DNA from: Callorhinchus milii
Lineage: Eukaryota
Direction of reading: 5' to 3'
DNA length: 64,000 bases
NCBI RefSeq assembly: GCF_018977255.1
Contig: NW_024704761.1
Coordinates: forward strand, 5,828,001 to 5,892,000
The notes beneath the pieces are model-generated. The model made no database searches. It was not told the origin of the DNA and worked only from the letters and a program-made list of their open reading frames with translations. Shown piece by piece: positions 36,120-48,039 of the stretch (positions are counted from its first letter, which is position 1; each line of letters opens with the position of its first letter). A program made the translations under genes and the position numbers.

Positions 36120-36500
36120 GTCAGCTTGGCGCAATGTTACCCTCGCCTCCGAGTCACATAGTCTAAGCTGACACTCCAGTGCAGTGCTGGAAGTTGTTGC
36201 ATTGTCAGAGGTGCCGTCCTTTGGATGAGACTTTAAACCGAGGTCCTGTCTGCCTGTTCAGCTGGATGTTAAAGATCCCATGGCAGTAATTGAAAATAGA
36301 AGGGAGTTTCTCCCGGTGTCGTGGCTAACACATCGCCCAAATAAAATTGGCCACTCATTCCATGGCTGTTTGTGGAACATTCCTTCATTTTTCCCACAAA
36401 ATATACAGTCAAATCCACTTTACAGTATATCCTGTGAAGCGCTTCAAGAAGTCTTGATGATTCGATAAAGCGCTAGATCGAATGGAAGTATTATTATTAC
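36120..36500 (+). mobile_element. Deu-domain SINE (AmnSINE1/SacSINE1-like) antisense within probable CBX2 3' UTR
   Basis: GCATTGTCAGAGGTGCCGTCCTTTGGATGAGACTTTAAACCGAGGTCCTGTCTGCCTGTTCAGCTGGATGTTAAAGATCCCATGGCA matches the Deu core as recalled; ends in the same tail as the abundant SINE. Confidence 0.75.
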
Positions 36501-37742
36501 CTAAATGCTGTCAGGTGCAGGTAATGCTCATTGAGTAAATCACCAACTCAAGTGCTAAGTTTCCAAATATTTCAGGAAATTTCCATTATAAGCACTCACT
36601 GTCGCCTTTACTGACAATTTGGAGTTTTCTCACTCCTAGTTCCTAAAGAACTGTGCTTTGCAAAGAAATCAGGCTAAATATATAGCTTGTCACTACAGTA
36701 ATGCTGGTAATAGACACCCTCTAAACAGCAACATTCATTCATAGGCACCATTTGCTGAGGCACTGCTTGTTTTTTTTAAAATACATTCTACACTGTTTAT
36801 ATGATAGCACTGTTGAATATTGAAAATAAAATATCCATTAAATGGGTGTTCCATTAAGAAGCTTTTACTGTTTAAGGACCAGCAAAAACATTTCCCAACT
36901 GATTATCAGAGAGCATTAATTTGTGTGTTTCCCATCTCATGTCCCTGCAGAGAATTGACCTAATTCGCTCAAGTGAACCATACGTGTGATGAGTGATGGG
37001 AAGCCTGAGAATCCTGCCTTTCTGTCTGGAAGTCATGTACTCAATTGCTTGAGGCTCCAGGCTGCCCTGATTTTTCACAACTCAATCGATACAGCTCCAT
37101 GTTGTGCCGATATGCCATTTGCCATTGGGCAGTGCGTTCTTTACATATCCTGACTTGAACAATAAAAGTAATTATAATTTGTTCCAGCAACAGGCTACAC
37201 TACTACTTGCTTCAGTTTTTATTGGTTTTCCAAAGTTATAAAGCTTCATGCACTGACTATGGTATAAGCCTAGATAGCGTCACTAAACTCTAGCCCTCCT
37301 TTGCGGCTCACTTCCCTTCCAAAAACCCCAAATAAATTCTCAGAATGTTTGTCACTGTGTTTCAACCTTGAATTTTCTTTTTTAAAAAACGGAGCCTCAC
37401 ATATAGATACTATTTTAAAAGCTCTCGTGCTCTCTATTGAATTTACAGAAGACATTCAAGGTTTTGATATTTACAAGCCTCTGCTTTTGTAGATTCAACA
37501 GTCGATACATTTTACAAAAACGATCTGGCGCACAAAGGACTTATTTTCTCTTCAGCAAAGCACTATTGTATTTTTGGTAGGGGTGGAGAGGGGTAAAAAC
37601 CTACAAGTTGTGCACCATTCTACAGAGTCACTTAGTGGTGATATAGAAGACAAAACGTCAACTAAAAGCCCAAGACCAAACTGTTCTCTAGTGGAAGATT
37701 TAAAGTTCAGGATGACTAGTTTACTTGTCTTCAGCTAGTGTT

Positions 37743-39227
37743 CTAATAATGTCGCATGTTGAAAAAGCCCACGCTGGTCGGACTCTCCTTCACAGTCACT
37801 GTGACCAGGTTAGCTGTCACATCAGTGACAAATACATGTTCGATCAAGCTGCGGGTGGGCTTCCAGTCTTGGTTTGTCTGGACTGAAATGGACGGGTTTG
37901 CAACCGTGCTTGAAAATGAAGAGTCATGATCAGAATCTGAACTCATGGTCTCCTCGCCTGTGCTCAGTTCTGTTGGCACGTTGCTGCTCTGTTTGGGCGT
38001 TTCAGACGAGACCTCCTTTTTGTCGCTGTCCCTGATTTGGTTGTCAGCGTGATGGACTGCAGTGTTTATAGTCTCCCTATCTACTTTCATCCGATTCTCC
38101 TTCTCAACACCATGTTTCCCACTGCTCTCGCATAGTGCATGGCTACTGAGAGTTTGTGAATTTAACACGGCATTAGCAACGGTACGGGAATTCAATTCAG
38201 TTGAATTCAGTCCTGGAGTCCCAATGCTCCTTGAATTCACAATTGGCGAATTGTTGCTGTTGCTCTTTGAACCCAAATCAGGTAAATTTACTCCTGGGCC
38301 ACTTAGACCCTTTGAATTCAGTCCTGCCTTGTTGGTACTCTGAAGCTTTAAGGCATGTAAATTTAATCCTGAATGAGCAGCGTTTGAAGCTTGCAAATTC
38401 CGACCGAGGCTGCTTGCACTCGGACTGTTCAGAATCGGGGAATTGGATCCTGGTTTAGCTGAAGTACAAAGGTTAGAATTGGTCTTCATCGGTGCCGCAC
38501 TACTCAAGCTCTTGGAGTTGTGTAAATTGGATTCAGACTCAACAGAGCTCTTAGTATTTCCAGTGTTCTTATTTAACGCATGGTTAGTTTTCTCATTCGC
38601 TCCTTGTGAGGTCAGCACTCGAGCGCCTGCAGATTGCATTGCTGAGACAGGTTTATTCGGTACCAATGGACTGGCAGCACGAACTTTGGAAGAGTGCTGA
38701 CCTATTCCTGTACGATTTGTGGTCTGCAAGGCTGACCTGGCTGAATTATTTATGGGTTTACCGAGTTTGGGTGAACTGAAGAGGCTTGATTTTAACACTC
38801 CAGTAGTTATACTTGGAGATTCCAAACTGCTCTTTTCTGATCCCACCTTATTCGCACTCCCAGATCCCTCTGGTTTTCTCACCTTTTCTTTTGACGATTC
38901 ATCAGTTCCAGAGTCGCCGCTTGTGCCATTTCCGGACGTTTTTAAAGCTTTTCCTGGTTTGGTCTTTGTGTTCTTCCGATGGTCGGTGCGAATAATTTTG
39001 CTGGCCCGCTTCTTTTTGCCGGTGTCCTTTGCGTCCGCTTTCGTTTGGGAGACTTCGGTCTGAGTCCGTTTCTGCGCGATACGGTCTGGCTCTTCCCGGC
39101 GGTCGTTGCTCCTGGACACAGACTGGGTCTGATCATCACTTTCATCATCATCATCATCATCGTCATCCTCGTCATCCTCTTCCTCAGAAGAACTGCTGGA
39201 TTTTGATGAAAGAGGGGCTTCTTGTTC
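37743..39227 (-). CDS. CBX2: CBX2 exon 5 coding part (1485 nt incl. TAG)
   Basis: TAG acceptor at 39228-39230, in frame with ORF 37743-39119; [14 protein letters not shown]..Pc box. Confidence 0.93.
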   Translation of the reverse strand, partial: EQEAPLSSKSSSSSEEEDDEDDDDDDDDESDDQTQSVSRSNDRREEPDRIAQKRTQTEVSQTKADAKDTGKKKRASKIIRTDHRKNTKTKPGKALKTSGNGTSGDSGTDESSKEKVRKPEGSGSANKVGSEKSSLESPSITTGVLKSSLFSSPKLGKPINNSARSALQTTNRTGIGQHSSKVRAASPLVPNKPVSAMQSAGARVLTSQGANEKTNHALNKNTGNTKSSVESESNLHNSKSLSSAAPMKTNSNLCTSAKPGSNSPILNSPSASSLGRNLQASNAAHSGLNLHALKLQSTNKAGLNSKGLSGPGVNLPDLGSKSNSNNSPIVNSRSIGTPGLNSTELNSRTVANAVLNSQTLSSHALCESSGKHGVEKENRMKVDRETINTAVHHADNQIRDSDKKEVSSETPKQSSNVPTELSTGEETMSSDSDHDSSFSSTVANPSISVQTNQDWKPTRSLIEHVFVTDVTANLVTVTVKESPTSVGFFNMRHY

Positions 39228-42200
39228 CTACGGTCAGGATGGAGTAAAATGAAGAAAAATACTTGTTATTCATGGTTTGCCCCATAGAGTGAAACACACA
39301 GATCTTACTCAAGACACTTTTTGTTCCATTGTTGTTGACTGCACTAGGTTACCGCTTGCAAAATTCATTTTAAAAGTGGAAGATTACCGCCTTCTCAGTT
39401 TGCAGCTGGTGCAAAGTAGAAGACAGAATCTTTTCCAATAGGCAAATCTATTTTCAAAAGAAAGGCAGCAAGCAGTCAGCACAGTGGACACCTGCTTGCT
39501 TCATCACACTGTACATTTTTCTTATTTTGCTTTACAAAAAAGTGAGCGCACTTCAGAAGCTTGAGTTGGTACAGTCCCTTTAAAATCAAGGAAAATTTCA
39601 CTCTTAATAAATAGGCCAGTGATATTTTATTTACGACCCTTAATAGAAGGCATGGCTGACTTTTAACTGAACTGAAATGTGACCAACAACAGGAGGCTCC
39701 AGTTATAATTCCTCGAATGAAACTCTGGGGGAAACGGTCGTTAAATATTTATGATAATGCTCTTTGCAGTCATGGCTGGGGTAAATCCTTATTCATTCCA
39801 AATTGGTATTAGTCTCCATTAGTTCTTTTCTACATAAAAAGTGACCAAGTATAAAATTCCTTTCATAAAAATTAAGGTGGAGCATTTACACTGGTAATCA
39901 TACAAAATAAACTTGTGCAAACAAGATCTTGATTTAATGAAGAATGGAACCGCTCTATTGATCCAACTTAAATGTAACATTACTTTGTCTTGGGTGAATC
40001 CAAGGATCGTTTTGTTTGTATAGAGGAACATAAAAATGTACAGGACAAGACCACACAGTTGTGCATCCCAAAGCTCAAAAAATTAACATTAAGAATCTCT
40101 ATTCTTTATACCCATGATTGGTACAAACCAAATATTCGCTGCTAGTTTGCCACAGAAGACAAAGGAAAATTGGAAACGTACCACATGCTTCCTTGGTCTG
40201 CCCCTAGGTCTCTTGCCTCGCTTGCGATTCTGCAGTTCTTTCTCCTGTTGGCTGTGATAAAGAAACTTATTTTTTTAAAACTTTTTACGTTTTACTTGTA
40301 TCGTCCACAAAATATAGTCAATTCACTTCACAGTATATTCTGTGAATTGCTTTGAGATGTCTGGAAGATGCAATAAAGCGGTATATCAAACGCAAGGGTT
40401 ATTATTATTATGTTCTAAAGGACTGGGTAGCCTTGTGGCTACTAGAAACTCCAGTCTTCTCATCAAGAGCACAGAGAAATCAAGGAAAAGGTGCAAGCAA
40501 ATTATCAATATCAATTTGCAATCAGGGATAGTCTTTGGAAGATCCTAGTGCTTTGCAATCCGGCAGTATTGCAGACACCAATCCATCCTCTTGTTTGGAA
40601 ACAAGGTGTCACACAGAAGACCAGAGGAGACAAGAGGGAACAGAGGGAAAGGAGGATAAAATATAGTAAAATGGAGTTCTCACCTCCTTTGAAAAGCGAG
40701 CAGGAGTCGTGGATCAAGAATATTTTCCTCTGGCTCCCAACTATTATGCCTAAAGGATAAAAAATGTATACAACACATTGTTAAAGTACGGAACAATGTA
40801 AGCTATTTTATTTTGTTAAGCACTTAACTTAATGCTTACTACTAATCCCATAAATGCAACTGTTAAATTACTAAAGTGATTTTTTGTTAATGAGTGCTTA
40901 TAACAAGAAATTACAACGTGCAACCAAACCACCAAACTATATATAATCTGGCCAAAGATAAAGGCATGCATATGTGTTTGTGATAGGATTAAGAATTTCA
41001 TACCTTAACAGAAAAACAGGATTCGAAATTAAGTCTGTTTTTATGAATATGTCAGAGTCTGGACTCTCTCAAGTGTTAAGTAAATAGAATAAATGTAGAC
41101 CTGGATCAACTTTCTCTTCTCCTGCCCACATTTGTGTGCACTTCCAATTTCTGCTCATGCAAACACTAATCATGACAAACGAGTGTTAAAATGGTACCAA
41201 CGAGAGGAAATCTAAAAGATTATAGAGTTCAAGTAGTAAGTCAGGAACATGAACAAGAGTTAAGAATTTACTGGATATTCATTTTAACTTGCTTTTTTTA
41301 AAAAAATACAGGAAAGCAGAGATTTTAGGTAAACTGACGTCAAAACTATCCCGAGGCTGTTTAACTTTTTATTTCTCAGGACGTTAATTCCCGAATCATA
41401 ATTGCGGGTTTAACCCACGACAGATTATCTTAAAAATAGGATGTTAGCACCAGTTTTGTGGACAAATCCTTCAAACTCTTCAGGCACTAGGACCCTGGGG
41501 GTCACCCCCCCCCTTCTCCCAACCCCATCCCCATCCAGTTGTGTATCCCTTACAATTCCCCAACTGAAGCTTTAGATCTTTCCTGCAGAGCGATAGACGT
41601 GGTAATCAGAACTGGTTAACGTGTGGGTTAAATATTCCTTTTTAATTTTTCTGCTTTTACTGGAATGGATGATGGGCGAAGGAAAAGGCTGAAGGAGTAT
41701 GCAGCAAAGTAACCTTCAGCACTGCACCAGTCTGGGTAAGCAAAAAAAACACACACATACACACACACACAGAGCTGAAATGAAGTGTGAATGAATGTTA
41801 AGAAAATAACCAGAGTTAGCAAGCAGAATGAGGCATCTTAGAGATAGGGGGGACGGGGGACGGGGGGACACAAACAAGGAAATCAGAGGAGAAATCAGAG
41901 GCAAAACTGAGCAAAGCGTAACCCGCAAAAAGGAAAGAAACCAGAACAGGGATGGATAGGAAAGAACTTTCCAATGAAAGATGAAGGAAATGGAAAGGTC
42001 TTTTCTAAAAACAATAAAGTCTAAGGAGGGAGGGAGGAACGGCAGCAGAAAGAAACTAAGGAATAAGGAAGAAATGGGGGGGGGGAATACACGGTTAACT
42101 TTTTTTTAAAATAGTGAAATACTCTGAAAACTGAATTATTCTTCCACCCTTGATTCCTTTCCTCCCTACCGCACACCCCATTGTACTCCACTACATGCCG

Positions 42201-44680
42201 GTCACTGGGAGATAGAGGAGTGGTGTGGATGGAGGGGAAAGTGTCCTGCCCTCTGTGGGACACTGGCCTGGGATCTGCCTGAGAGCACATAGGATGCATC
42301 AGCAAGTTGTCATGGTCAAACTTAGGTGTGGGCCTATGCCAATGCATTGTATTGCAGTGCAAAGATGTAGACAAGCCCAATAATAATAATAATCCTTGCA
42401 TTTGATATAGCGCCTTATCACGTCTTTGAGACGTCTCAAAGTGCTTCACGGAATATATTGTAAAGTGAATTGACTGTATATTTTGTGGGCAGAGCGTGAC
42501 ACTCAATTGTGCACAGCGGTTTTCCCACAAACAGTCGTGGATTGAGGGACAACAACTGGGTTCCTGCATACTACTAGGTAAACAAGAGGCATGTAGAGTA
42601 ACGAAACTTGCCCAACGTTTCATCCTGCCGGGAATCGAACCCAGGTCCTCTCGCTTGCGAGTGCTCTAACCACTAAGCTACTCCAATGTGTTAGCCTGCC
42701 TTCTGGTTGCTCAGCCTTGCCATTCAGGCTACTTGAGAGGAGATAAATTGTGCTGGTGGTTTTATGGCACTCACTCTATACATCTCCACAGTGGTCTCTG
42801 ATTAACTGGCTTCAAAAAATCTCTACTCCCACTACAAACTTTCTTTGCTGTTTCTTGAGCAAAGTTGAGAACACAGTGTATGATAAGACTAAGATGTATT
42901 TTACAGTCAATTTATTTTACAGTATATTCCATGAAGCGCTTTGAGACACCTTGAAGACGTGATTAAAGCACTATAAAGGCAAGGATTATTATTTTGATTA
43001 AATTGAGTCTGTGTAGCTCTGCTTAGGGCAATTCAGGTTGGAGTTGCTTAATTTCATGCACTCGTGGATAGTGGAAAAAGGCCGGTCCCAATTGGCTAAC
43101 CAGCTGCTTGGGTGGTGGGGAAGGGGAGGGCATGACCTGGACCTGGACCTCAAAGAGAAACTGATGACATCCTTCTTGTTCCAAATTCTGAATCTACTGG
43201 TGTAAGGTGATCCATACAGGAATCCATCAAGTCATGAAGACCATTGTGGGTCTCAAATCCACGCTTGATTGCACTGATCACTGGGGAGCAATCTGCTCTA
43301 ACACTCCCCGTAGCACACCTGTTATTGTAATTCTCTCTGCTAGCTGAGAAAATGTCCATGCACTTCTACAGGAACAACCACTCGTCCCCATTTGTCAGTT
43401 GTCTGTCATTCAGAGTAAAATGAAGTAAAACCTACTGGGAGCAGTAGCAGATAAGTTTTTTCTGAAGAGCCACAAAATGTTAGCAATGTGTAATAATAAT
43501 CTTTGCATTTGAAATAGCACCTTATCAAATCTTTGAGAGGTCTCAAAGCACTTTTCCAGAGTATACTGTAAAGTGAATTGACTGTATATTTGTGGAAGAT
43601 ACATCCTACCAGTTATGAATGGGAAGTTGGGGGGAAGTGTAGGAGGGAGTAGAAATAACGGAGTGGTGGTGGCAGACTGGTTCAAGAGGGATGATAAATA
43701 AGCAACAGCTCCATACCTAAAGCTTGGTACAGGGCTGTAAATCATTGCAGCTCCACCCTAACATAACAGAGAAGCGATTTAGGAATGTGGGAGGTGGGGG
43801 TTGGTTGAGGGTGCTTTTCTTAGATGCAACCAGGCTAAACTATGTGCAGCATTCAAAAGATATAGAACACAAATGCCTCTGGTTATATCTCATTATTCAG
43901 AATTTGCCTGATTGGGGGAAGGGGAAGGGTTTTAGTATATGCTGCCGTGTTTATATAATGCTAAACATATGGTATTAATAGCAACTAGTCTAGGAACAGC
44001 ATTTTGTCTGAATTTACAAAAAATGGGATTGTAAACCTCAAAATTTTCACTATTTTTAAATTTGCCTGGTGTGGAATCCACACACACACACACACACACA
44101 CAAATCATCCAAGTGAGTGTTTCTTTGTTAAATATTCACTGTAGGCAACTAATCTTGAAGAGGAAGGAAAAAAAATCAAACGAGTTCCCTGTGGGTAGGG
44201 AAGATTTGCAACAGCGTGAACGAAAAGGAGTGAAATAAACCGAAGAATTCGGAGAAGAGAGATAATGTTACATTGCAGGCTGCTTGGTAAATGACTGGTT
44301 ATCAACTCATCAAAACTAGAGAGTAGCCCCAGGTTAGTTGGTAAGTGGAATTTTCCAGCTTGGACTCCATTTCTGCAGTTGCTTAGGACGGAATATAGGA
44401 TTCTGGTGGCACCAGTGTATACAGAGAGAGAGAGAGAGAGAGTACAATGGTCTTAGGGATCTAGGAGTGGAACTAACCTTTCCTTGTTCCGCTTGGATAG
44501 AAAACTAAAATTTTCTGTCTAGGGAGCTTAGTCTCAGCACAACCCCCTCTCCCTTCTCCTCTCTCTCTCTCTGCCTTACCCCTTACCCCCCAATCCCCCC
44601 ACCATCCCACACCATGCTCCTCCCAGCTCCACTCTCATCTCCTGTTGCATCCAATGTCGCTGCTTCCAGGGAGAGGGGGA

Positions 44681-44714
<34 letters not shown>

Positions 44715-47700
44715 AGAGAAAGAGGAGGGAGAGAGAACCATTCTCAACACCAAACCAACTGGCCACCATATGTTGCAACAGAAAAAAATTGGGTGGACTG
44801 CAGCTTAACACAATACAATGTCAGCAACATACATCTTGTGCCTCTCGACTCCCCCACCCACTGACCACAGCAGGATCAACCCGAATTGTCTTAAGGATCG
44901 TTATCTGTGCTTTTTTTCCCCCTACACACACACACACACACAAAAAAAAAATCAATACATTGTTTGAAAGGAGTTGCTCGCTGGAGTGAGGTGGAGGGGA
45001 AAAAAAAGAGTAGGTGGGTGGCACAGCCCCTATTGTGAAGCCACCTGATTCGCAGCAACAACAAAAAAACTCCCCACACAAAAATAATCCCTTAATTGCA
45101 CATACACTGTCTTGCAAAAAAAAAGGATCTACCCATTTTTTTTTCGACAAGAACCCCCCCCCCCAAAAAAAAAGCAGCTTTGCAACGCCAGGGAAAATAA
45201 AACGTAACGCGTGAGAAATCAACCGCTTTTTTACACACACACACACATATATATATATATAAATACATATAAAGATATATGTTTATATATATATATGTGT
45301 ATATAAAGAAGACTTTAAAATAAACGAATCGTGCGCGTTTGCAAAGAGAAGAGAACGAGGGTTGTTTTTCTTTTTTAAAAAAAAAGAAATTTGGACCCTG
45401 CAAATTGTTTCCATGAAAGTCGGAATGAATGGGACTCGAGGCAGGAAAAGTCGCAAAAGAAAGTCCATCCGAAAACGGTAAGAAAACAAAAGATTCTCAT
45501 GATTTGAGCAGCCCGCGTGCGTGCAATGTATATATATATATATGTATATATTAAAAAAGCGAGAGGTTTGGGGTCGAAAAAGTAGTTGCCATTCGAAACA
45601 CAGATCTGCAGCAATAAATTTAGAGGCATCAAAAAAAAAAGCGAGACGTTTGGGGGTCGAAAAAGTAGTTGCCATTCGAAACACAGATCTGCAGCAATCA
45701 TGTTTTTTTAAAAAAAACTCCCCCCCCACCACCCAAAAAAAAAAAACCAGTAGAAAAAGATTCACAACCAAAAGTCATTCACAGGATGTCAGTGCAGATC
45801 TGCACAGATCTTCGTTCACAGGAGCTCTGCAGTAACGTGGAAAGTGAGCACTCAAAATGATGGGTTTTGAAAAGAAAGTTCGCTTCACTCGGAACATCAG
45901 TGAGACACACAGCACATAAAAGTTGAAGGCACATTCCGCTCACATGGTCCTATGTTTTTTTTTACACACACACACACACACACCCGCAGCAAATTATTTC
46001 TTTTTTAAAAAAAGTGTCCTTTCAGCTGCAGACACACGACCTGAGAGGCACGTTTACATCTTTTGATAGGTGATGAGGAGGGTGTGTGTGTGTGGGGAAG
46101 GGGGGAGTGGGGAAGGGGGGAGATGAAAGAGTTACTGCACTCAACTGGGGGGGGGGGGGGGGGGGGAGAGAGGGGAACCGAAAATGGGAACATAAATTAG
46201 TATTTCCAAAGCACTGTGTACCTTTGTTTTTAAAAAAAATTAAGACGAGCTGCACAGAAGTCGTGGTTGACTAAGCCAGAGTTTCCATGTAAAATTGTAC
46301 AAAGAAAGTTATTACAATAGGCAAGAAACTGAATGGGGGAGATGGGGGGGGGGGGGGGGGAGGGGGTGTAGAGAAATAGCATTGATAGAAATTAGCTCCA
46401 ATTAAGTAAATGGGGAGGGGGTTGGTGGGTGGGTGGGTGGGGAATGCCCCCTCCCCTCCCCAAAAAAATTTGTGCATTAAAAATGTGGACAAACACCGAC
46501 AAATCGAGATCAAAAAGGGGGTGCATTTGGAAACTATAACAGTCAAAGGGGATTTGTGTGTGGTGTGTGTGTGTTTTTTTATTCTTTTTCTTTTTTTAAA
46601 AAAAACCCATCCACCCACCGCAAAAAGTGGCAGTGGAACAAAACAAAGAAGTGGAAGATTTTTGAATATATACATATATATAGATAGATAGATATCTACA
46701 CGATTTTAAAAAAAAAAGAGGTGTGGGGGGGGGGGTGGTTGGTGGGGGTGGGGGGGGGAGAGGGAGAAATATGANNNNNNNNNNNNNNNNNNNNNNNNNN
46801 NNNNNNNNNNNNNNNNNNNNNNNNNNNNNNNNNNNNNNNNNNNNNNNNNNNNNNNNNNNNNNNNNNNNNNNNNNNNNNNNNNNNNNNNNNNNNNNNNNNN
46901 NNNNNNNNNNNNNNNNNNNNNNCAAAATGCACTAAAGAGTAAAAGAAAAACGTGAGAGAGATGGGGAGGGAGGGAGGGAGGGAGGAAGGAAAAGAAGGGA
47001 AAGAAAGAAAGAAACAAAGGAGGGAAGCTCTGAAGCCGGAGCCGGCTGGAGTTGGGGAGCACGCTGCTCCTGTTGTTGTATTGTTCAAACCTGATGCCAC
47101 TCACTTGGAAGACCACCCTCGCCACTTCACCAAGTACTCCAGCTTCCCCTGCAACCGCACACACAGGACACACAGGCATGAAAACCAAACCCCCTGCCCA
47201 ACACCCCCCCCAAACACCCCCCAAACACCAACCCCAACCACCCCCCAAACACCAACACCCCCCAAACACCAACACCCCCCCAAACACCCAACACCCCCCA
47301 ACACCCCCCCAACACCAACACCCCCCCCCCAACCATCCCCCAAACACCAACACCCCCCCAACACCCAACACCCCCCAAATACCAACACCCAACACCCCCC
47401 CCCCCAACCACCCCCAAACACCAACACCCCCCCCCCAACACCCCCCAACACCCCCCAACCACCCCCAAACACCAACACCCCCAAACACCCAACACCCCCC
47501 AACACCCAACACCCCCCAACACCCAACACCCCCCAACACCCCCAACCACCCCCAAACACCAACACCCCCAAACACCAACACCCCCAAACACCACCCCCCC
47601 CCAACACCACCACTCGCCAAACACAACCCCCCCCAACCAACGCCCACCCCCCCAACAACACCATCCCCAAACACCCCCAATCCAACCAACCCCCCAAAAA

Positions 47701-48039
47701 AACTCTTCTCTTTTTTCTAACCCCCCCCCACTCCCCACACACACACAAAAAGAAACAATGAACCTTCACAGGTTTGCCTCCCCCCCCCCCCACCACACTC
47801 CCCCCACCCACACACTCCCCCCCCCCCACCACACTCCCCCCCACCACACACACCCCCCCCCCCACACTCTCCCCACACACACTCCCCCCCCACACACTCC
47901 CCCCCCCCCATCCATCCTTTTTTTTCCCGCAAATGCGAAAGACTCCCCGATTTCTCCGTTCTCTCACCTTCCTCAGTCTTTTCCTGAGGATACATTCCGC
48001 GGCGAAAACTTGCTCACCCACAGCGCTCAGCTCCTCCAT
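37743..48039 (-). CDS. CBX2: Chromobox protein homolog 2 (PRC1 Polycomb subunit), whole CDS span, 5 exons, 578 aa
   Basis: [62 protein letters not shown]-hook [21 protein letters not shown] motif and Pc box [41 protein letters not shown]; GT-AG junctions in phase. Confidence 0.97.
40182..40251 (-). CDS. CBX2: CBX2 exon 4 (70 nt, AT-hook)
   Basis: CAG acceptor; [23 protein letters not shown]; donor GTACGT. Confidence 0.93.
40300..40410 (+). mobile_element. SINE 3' tail fragment in CBX2 intron 3
   Basis: Family tail. Confidence 0.8.
40684..40749 (-). CDS. CBX2: CBX2 exon 3 (66 nt)
   Basis: TAG acceptor; [21 protein letters not shown]; donor GTGAGA. Confidence 0.96.
42378..42685 (-). mobile_element. 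tRNA-derived SINE in CBX2 intron 2 (older subfamily)
   Basis: Head with GGTTCGATTCC B box, body, family tail. Confidence 0.88.
42900..42995 (+). mobile_element. SINE 3' tail fragment
   Basis: Family tail. Confidence 0.7.
43490..43595 (-). mobile_element. SINE 3' tail fragment
   Basis: Family tail. Confidence 0.78.
45553..45697. repeat. Tandem duplication of ~63 bp (period ~83 bp) in CBX2 intron 2
   Basis: GCGAGA.GTTTGGGGTCGAAAAAGTAGTTGCCATTCGAAACACAGATCTGCAGCAAT present twice. Confidence 0.9.
46775..46922. other. Assembly gap (148 N) in CBX2 intron 2
   Basis: Run of N. Confidence 1.
47105..47148 (-). CDS. CBX2: CBX2 exon 2 (44 nt)
   Basis: CAG acceptor; [14 protein letters not shown]; donor GTGAGT. 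Confidence 0.96.
47185..47915. repeat. C/A-rich low-complexity repeat filling CBX2 intron 1 (G/T-rich on sense strand)
   Basis: Repeated CCCCCAAACACCAACA-type units. Confidence 0.95.
47968..48039 (-). CDS. CBX2: CBX2 coding exon 1 (72 nt)
   Basis: AGG-ATG-G start at 48039; donor GTGAGA. Confidence 0.96.
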
